Assembly: GCA_963718895.1 (NCBI GenBank)
Contig: CAVRAG010000008.1
Coordinates: 288,001-352,000, forward strand
Direction of reading: 5' to 3'
Source of the DNA: an uncultured Nitrososphaerota archaeon
GTDB lineage: Archaea; Thermoproteota; Nitrososphaeria; Nitrososphaerales; Gagatemarchaeaceae
Length of the DNA stretch: 64,000 nucleotides
Of the stretch, positions 59,218 through 64,000 are shown one piece after another. Every line of letters starts with the position of its first letter. Position 1 is the first letter of the stretch. Position numbers and translations under genes: made by a program. The notes beneath the pieces are model-generated. The model did no database searches and was not told where the DNA came from. It saw nothing but the letters and a program-made list of their open reading frames with translations.

Positions 59218-59883
59218 ATGGTCAAGTACTGCATCCACTGCGGGAAGGCTAACGACGACCAGGCGATGTTCTGCGTGGCCTGCGGACAGAGGTTCCCTGA
59301 GCCGGCCGCGCCCGCCGCGGCGCAACAGGCGGCCCCGGTCCCTGCGCCGACGACGCAGGCTCCGTCCATCTTCACCGCCGAGAGGGGGCCGGGCGCCCAC
59401 GAGCACATGCTCACCGACGTCTACCTCAAGGACGCAACGGGGAAGGTGCTCCTGGTGGCGAGGAAGAAGTCCCTGCTACACGCCGAGTACACGGTCGTCG
59501 ACGGGTCCGAGGGCACGGTCGGGTTCATCGAGCAGAAGACGCACCTCACGCACCGGACGGTGTCGGTCGAGGACGCGGAGCACGGCGTCCAGGGGTCGGT
59601 CCAGGTCAGCAACGTCGAGAAGAACATGGCCCCTCCGAGCTGCTGGCTGGAGGACCCGAGCGGGAACAGGCTGGGGTCCCTGGTGTTCACGGCAGGCCTG
59701 ATGGCCTTCGCCGGGGTCAAGCCAGACGGCTCCGTGATCTTCGAGGCCTCGATCATGGCTGGACAGGGCATGATGCAGGGGCTGAGCGGACTAGGCCGCC
59801 GGGCCTATGCGATCAGCCTCCATGACCCTGGCTTCTCCCAGCGCATGCTCCTTGCAGTGGTAGTTGCCCTGGATCAGGCCTAG
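59218..59883 (+). CDS. Zinc-ribbon protein with LURP-one/scramblase-like barrel
   Basis: YCIHCG...FCVACG, Pro/Ala linker, beta-rich body, terminal LLAVVVALD helix. Confidence 0.65.
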   Translation: MVKYCIHCGKANDDQAMFCVACGQRFPEPAAPAAAQQAAPVPAPTTQAPSIFTAERGPGAHEHMLTDVYLKDATGKVLLVARKKSLLHAEYTVVDGSEGTVGFIEQKTHLTHRTVSVEDAEHGVQGSVQVSNVEKNMAPPSCWLEDPSGNRLGSLVFTAGLMAFAGVKPDGSVIFEASIMAGQGMMQGLSGLGRRAYAISLHDPGFSQRMLLAVVVALDQA

Positions 59884-60027
59884 CAGAGCCAGACCAGACT
59901 TGATCGATACAGAGCATCGAACCTTGAGAAAACACCCTCCAGATTTCACGAACGAATCGCGGAGGGGAGGGGTCGTTCCGGCGTCGCGTTCCAGACCCCT
60001 CCCAGCCGCGGATGGGCCGCTGCGGCC

Positions 60028-60147
60028 CTAGGTCTTCATTATCTTGCGGCCAGCCGCGCGCTTCCTGACCGGACCCTTCCCTCCCGGTGTCTTTGCGGCG
60101 CGCACCTTTGCTGCTTCCATCCTACCGCCCCTGCTCTTTTTCGCCAT
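60028..60147 (-). CDS. 39-aa basic microprotein
   Basis: MAKKSRGGRMEAAKVRAAKTPGGKGPVRKRAAGRKIMKT; GGAGGTGA site upstream. Confidence 0.45.
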   Translation of the reverse strand: MAKKSRGGRMEAAKVRAAKTPGGKGPVRKRAAGRKIMKT

Positions 60148-60293
60148 TCTTGTCTTTCACCTCCGGAATATCTTCTCTTCCCCTTCTGACCGTCCCTCGT
60201 TCAATCTCTGACGCGCCCCTTCGGGCGCGGGAGATTCGGCGGCCTCAGCGGAAGCGCAAGTGAGAGTCCTCGTTCCCGGTCCACCCGTCCGCT

Positions 60294-60467
60294 CTACATG
60301 TTGTAGGCGAGTCCGAAGACGATGGAGAGCAGGAAGAGTAGCACGAAGACGACCACCAATATCTTGGCGATCCCCATCGAGAACCCTGCGACTCCCTTGG
60401 CTCCGACCACGTACGCCACAAGAGCGATTATCAGGAAGAGGACGGCGAGGCCCAGTATTGTTGCCAA
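60294..60467 (-). CDS. DUF1328/UPF0391 (YtjA-like) small membrane protein
   Basis: MATILGLAVLFLIIALVAYVVGAKGVAGFSMGIAKILVVVFVLLFLLSIVFG read by hand. Confidence 0.8.
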   Translation of the reverse strand: MATILGLAVLFLIIALVAYVVGAKGVAGFSMGIAKILVVVFVLLFLLSIVFGLAYNM

Positions 60468-60503
60468 AGCCGGATTTCACCAGTCTCTCTCTGATTCCGT
60501 TCC

Positions 60504-60668
60504 CTATTTGCCCGTGACTACGTCCTTCCCTTGGTAGAGCCTGACGCCCACCACGACGACAGCGGCGACGACGAGGACGTTGATCAGGACCCCGCCGAAG
60601 CCACCGATGAACCCGAAGGCCCAGAGCACCAGGAGGACGATGGCGACAGTCCAGAAGAGGTCGACCAC
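60504..60668 (-). CDS. lmo0937-family small membrane protein
   Basis: MVDLFWTVAIVLLVLWAFGFIGGFGGVLINVLVVAAVVVVGVRLYQGK read by hand. Confidence 0.75.
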   Translation of the reverse strand: MVDLFWTVAIVLLVLWAFGFIGGFGGVLINVLVVAAVVVVGVRLYQGKDVVTGK

Positions 60669-60674
60669 TGGAAA

Positions 60675-61457
60675 TCACCAGTTGAGGTCGAAGCTGGACG
60701 AGACGTCGTTCGAGCTGAGGGCCAGTATGCCGGCCTGCGTCGTACCGGTCACGTTGCCGGGTATCATGGTCCAGGACACGTTCGCCTGGTACGACTCACG
60801 GTTCGGCAGCTGTACCGAGTACTCGCCGTTGGTGACCACTGCCCAGTATCGCTGGCCGGTCGCGACGTTGCTGAACCCGACGCTCGCAGGATAGCAGTCA
60901 GCCTTGAAGGCTGGAGTGAACCGGCCCGCCACGGTGACGGTCGGATACTCTTCCGTTGACGGCATGAGCGCCAGTGACCCGAACTTCTCGAGGTCTATGG
61001 AATTCTCTCCGTCCTTTACCTCGACCATGGCCTCGTTGTCCAGGTTGATGCTCTCCGGGATGCGGAAGTTGAGTAGCCCGTTCCTCGGAAGAGGGAGCTC
61101 GTAGCGAGCGACTCCGGCCGGGTTGAGGGCGCTGAGCTGCGTTCCGGCGTACGAGACCCTGCACTTCTCAACATACCTGTTTCCTTTGACTATGATCGCC
61201 CAGTTGCTCGGGAACGGGGTCGTGACGCGCTCCTTGAAGGTCTCGATGTAGACCGCGGGCAGCAGTTTGTCGATGACCACTATCATGACCTGGTTGCCTA
61301 CCTCGACTTCGAGGTCGTCTCTGACTGCAGCGACGACGAACTTGCCGGCTCCGGTCAGCCTCTCTACCTGGCCCTCGACGACAAGAACACCTCGCTTGGA
61401 GTCCGGTACCATCATCCGTTCATTTCCTGACGCATCTATCGCTGTTACAACTGACAT
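60675..61457 (-). CDS. Hypothetical beta-rich protein
   Basis: 260-aa ORF with host-like codons; leads the small membrane protein genes. Confidence 0.6.
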   Translation of the reverse strand: MSVVTAIDASGNERMMVPDSKRGVLVVEGQVERLTGAGKFVVAAVRDDLEVEVGNQVMIVVIDKLLPAVYIETFKERVTTPFPSNWAIIVKGNRYVEKCRVSYAGTQLSALNPAGVARYELPLPRNGLLNFRIPESINLDNEAMVEVKDGENSIDLEKFGSLALMPSTEEYPTVTVAGRFTPAFKADCYPASVGFSNVATGQRYWAVVTNGEYSVQLPNRESYQANVSWTMIPGNVTGTTQAGILALSSNDVSSSFDLNW

Positions 61458-61621
61458 GGTTCGAAGTGAGTGTCTGGAGTATAACTACCCGGTGTATTTT
61501 CCGCATCGGATTGTGTTTTTTGTAATGGGTTGTAGTCGAGCCCCGAGATCTGGACGGACGACCAAGGAGTTTAATCAGCTAAGCTTAAGAGTTCCTGAGG
61601 AGAACCCCGGGTCGGGTTCGG

Positions 61622-62140
61622 ATGAAGCCAAAGACGGCGACGGCATCGTTCAGACTGGACGAGTCCGCCCTCGAGGCCCTCCAGGAGGACTCGAAGAAGC
61701 AGAACGTCAGCGTTAACACCCTGATCAACCAGCTGATCCTCACCTACGCCAACTACGACAGGCCGATGAAGAGGTTCCACATGGTGAAGGTCTCTGCTTC
61801 CACGTTCAGGCACATCCTCCAGGCGGCACAGGAGGAGACGATAATCGGAGCCGGGAACCTGGCGGGCAGCGACGGTCCGAGGACCTCGATCCTCGCCAAG
61901 TCGGGCGAGCTTACGGCCGAGAGCGCTCTCAGCTATCTGAAGACCATGGGCAACTACTCGGCCCTCTTCGAGTACAGCGAGGTGATGCACGGGGGGAAGG
62001 TCAACGTCACCCTGACTCACGACTTCGGTCAGAAGGGGAGCCTCTTCCTCCAGGAGTACGTGCAGGCAATCTTCGGGCCGATCGGCAAGCGACCGAAGTT
62101 CCAGGCGGACGAGCACGCAGTGCTCTTCGAACTCGAGTAG
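61622..62140 (+). CDS. Ribbon-helix-helix regulator (copy 2)
   Basis: TASFRLDE...LQEDSKKQNVSVNTLINQ; paralog of 16518..17039. Confidence 0.8.
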   Translation: MKPKTATASFRLDESALEALQEDSKKQNVSVNTLINQLILTYANYDRPMKRFHMVKVSASTFRHILQAAQEETIIGAGNLAGSDGPRTSILAKSGELTAESALSYLKTMGNYSALFEYSEVMHGGKVNVTLTHDFGQKGSLFLQEYVQAIFGPIGKRPKFQADEHAVLFELE

Positions 62141-62246
62141 TACGGACCAAAGCCCGATCGCATCCGGATGGGGCTGTTGATTACAACTTCACGCAAAAAA
62201 TACCAAAGGTTCAAGAGCCGCCGCGTGCCGGAACTCTTAGATTTCG

Positions 62247-62492
62247 ATGCCCAACTCGAATCACGAAGCGACTGCCTTCTTCAAGCTGGAGGGAGGGAAC
62301 GAGTCTGGGCAACACGAGAGGCTAAGGCGCGTCCTCGGCAAGCTCAACGGTGTTCTCGAGGTCAGGGTCAACTTCATCCTCGACACGATGGCGGTCCGCT
62401 ACGACTCGGACGTGCTCACCCGGGACGAAATCAAAAAGAGAGTCGACAGAAGCAATGACAGGTCCGTGTGGCCTTCTCTGGGTTCGTGCTAG
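62247..62492 (+). CDS. HMA-like protein lacking CxxC
   Basis: LGKLNGVLEVRVNF....AVRYD......EIKK. Confidence 0.6.
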   Translation: MPNSNHEATAFFKLEGGNESGQHERLRRVLGKLNGVLEVRVNFILDTMAVRYDSDVLTRDEIKKRVDRSNDRSVWPSLGSC

Positions 62493-62600
62493 TCGCCTTC
62501 GCGCTTCGCGTCCAACATTCCCTACAATCACCGCGTTGCAGTTCCATACAAAAAATACCTGCCCCTTAAGTGACGAGGCTACCCCGGAGACTCGATTAGC

Positions 62601-62921
62601 TTGGCTAAGAGAGATAAGGGCAGCGAGGCCGCGGCGGAAGCGTCCCTTGAAGATATCAGGAGAGACCTAGAAAAGAAGATTGACCAGATTAAGGCGGAAC
62701 TCAAGGAGAAGGGTCCCGAGGCTGCAGCGGCGATCGAGGAGTCCCTTGACGCACTCAAGTCGAACCTGGAGACCAGACTGGACGACTTTCATGCGACCAT
62801 CGACGACCAGCTCGATGCGGGACGCAGGGAGATCAAGAAGCAACCACTGATGGCCGTCGGGATCGCAGTCCTGGTCGGCGTGGTTGCCGGAATGCTCCTT
62901 GGAAGAAAGTGCAAAGACTAG
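62601..62921 (+). CDS. DUF883/ElaB/YqjD-like tail-anchored protein
   Basis: Helical body, then IKKQPLMAVGIAVLVGVVAGMLLGRK. Confidence 0.8.
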   Translation: MAKRDKGSEAAAEASLEDIRRDLEKKIDQIKAELKEKGPEAAAAIEESLDALKSNLETRLDDFHATIDDQLDAGRREIKKQPLMAVGIAVLVGVVAGMLLGRKCKD

Positions 62922-63203
62922 TTGTCCATCCTAAACGACGTCCTCCGGCTGGTCTCTGACGAGATCTCTGTCCAGCTGAAGCACGCGCTCGAAGCGTACA
63001 CGAGGAGGATCATCCGCCGGGCTATCAAGGTGCTCATCCTCTGCGTGGTCGGCCTCACCTTCCTTGGGGTGGGGTTCGTCTTCATGCTCTACGGAACGGC
63101 GACCTACCTCGGCCAGTTCATTTCCAGCGGACTGGCGTTCGGGCTCGTCGGCCTCATAGCGGCCCTCGTGGGGATAATCATGATTCTGCTCGTAAGGAGG
63201 TAA
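62922..63203 (+). CDS. YqjE/phage-holin-like two-TM protein
   Basis: Amphipathic N-terminus and two TMs, directly after the DUF883 gene as in bacterial yqjDE. Confidence 0.6.
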   Translation: MSILNDVLRLVSDEISVQLKHALEAYTRRIIRRAIKVLILCVVGLTFLGVGFVFMLYGTATYLGQFISSGLAFGLVGLIAALVGIIMILLVRR

Positions 63204-63216
63204 AGGGGAGACCGAG

Positions 63217-64000
63217 ATGTCGACGAGCGAGTATCAGCTCCCAAATCGGTGCTGAAGTGGGTGGCCCTAGGGCTGCTCCTCAGCTCCGCCGTCGTCATCG
63301 CGATCTCGATATTCTCAGGCGTGAAGTTCTCAGACCTCACGAAGCTCGGCTATCTGACGTTCGCTCTGGCCGCGGGGGTCTCCGCGTCTAGGCTGCTGGT
63401 CCAGATAGTCAGGTTCCGGGTCATAACGCTCGGCCTTGCGGGGGACCCCAGGCCCAATCTCAGCGGGCTGGCGCTCACCAGGGTCGCCAGCGAGTTCGTC
63501 TCCCTCTCGACCCCCGCGACGAGCATGGGCGTCTTCGTTCGCACCGCCTGGCTGAAGGGAAAGGGGATAGACGGGGGAAGGGCCCTCTCTATCGGCTACT
63601 TCGAGGTCCTCATCGAGATATATGTCGGGGCCGGTCTCGCCCTCCTCGCCGCGATCTACGCCCTCTCGAAGGGGGCAGTGGTCATCGGGTCCACGATCAT
63701 CCTGGTCGCGACGGTCTTGATCGTCGGGTACACCGTGATCTTCATCATCCCGGCCCTGAGGGGGATCAAGGTCCCCCACTTCCTCTTCACGCTTTCGCGG
63801 TACATGATCGGCGGGCCAAGGGCCGACGACCTCTACCTCCGCGCCGTCGTCGGCTCCCTGAACTTCTCGCTCTCGGCACGCGCGATAGTGAGCAGGGAGG
63901 CGCTGCCCGTCGTCGCCAAGGCGGTCGCGCCTGACGATCGTCGAGGACTTCCTGGTGGGCGCGGCTCTCTGGCTTGTCCTGAACGCCGCGGGGCTGAAGA
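63217..64000 (+). CDS. Lysylphosphatidylglycerol synthase TM (flippase-like, UPF0104) protein; runs off the window, probable frameshift near 63930
   Basis: RF..I...SEFVSLSTPATSMGVFVRTAWL...G pattern; multiple TMs. Confidence 0.75.

Noticed and set aside
61225-61260. Displaced native tuf 3' fragment (IETFKE-like string)
   Set aside because: Six-residue coincidence inside another ORF, on the wrong side of tuf
1-64000. CRISPR or other spacer-repeat arrays, tRNA, rRNA
   Set aside because: No regularly spaced repeats, cloverleafs or rRNA signature strings found by eye; the repeats seen are coding heptads, Ser/Thr tracts or paralogs

Overview
GC-rich archaeal DNA. Evidence is an archaeal EF-1alpha gene, TATA boxes about 25-35 nt before short-leader or leaderless starts, and HTH/RHH regulator types; a non-ammonia-oxidising Nitrososphaerota (Thaumarchaeota) relative is likely, but that is inference. 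The left two thirds is a redox region. It holds two paralogous GMC dehydrogenase operons whose Tat-exported small subunits carry long uncharged coiled-coil stalks, three Tat-exported FAD_binding_2 flavoproteins interleaved with two M15-peptidase-domain genes, and two DOMON-like surface proteins with a membrane partner. It also holds a group 1-type [NiFe]-hydrogenase with non-canonical metal-site motifs and its maturation genes. About ten promoters share an 18-bp palindrome (ATTCTCA-N4-TGAGAAT) placed about 11 bp upstream of the TATA box, which suggests an undescribed activator regulon. On the right, the last 56 codons of tuf switch abruptly to a different synonymous codon usage. They sit next to an orphan ORF, a free-standing HTH-LAGLIDADG endonuclease and a ~205-nt structured RNA, suggesting a mobile or homing element that replaced the 3' end of tuf. 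Many single frameshifts, and a heavily broken 21.2-25.8 kb stretch, may be long-read sequencing errors. No CRISPR array, rRNA or tRNA was seen.
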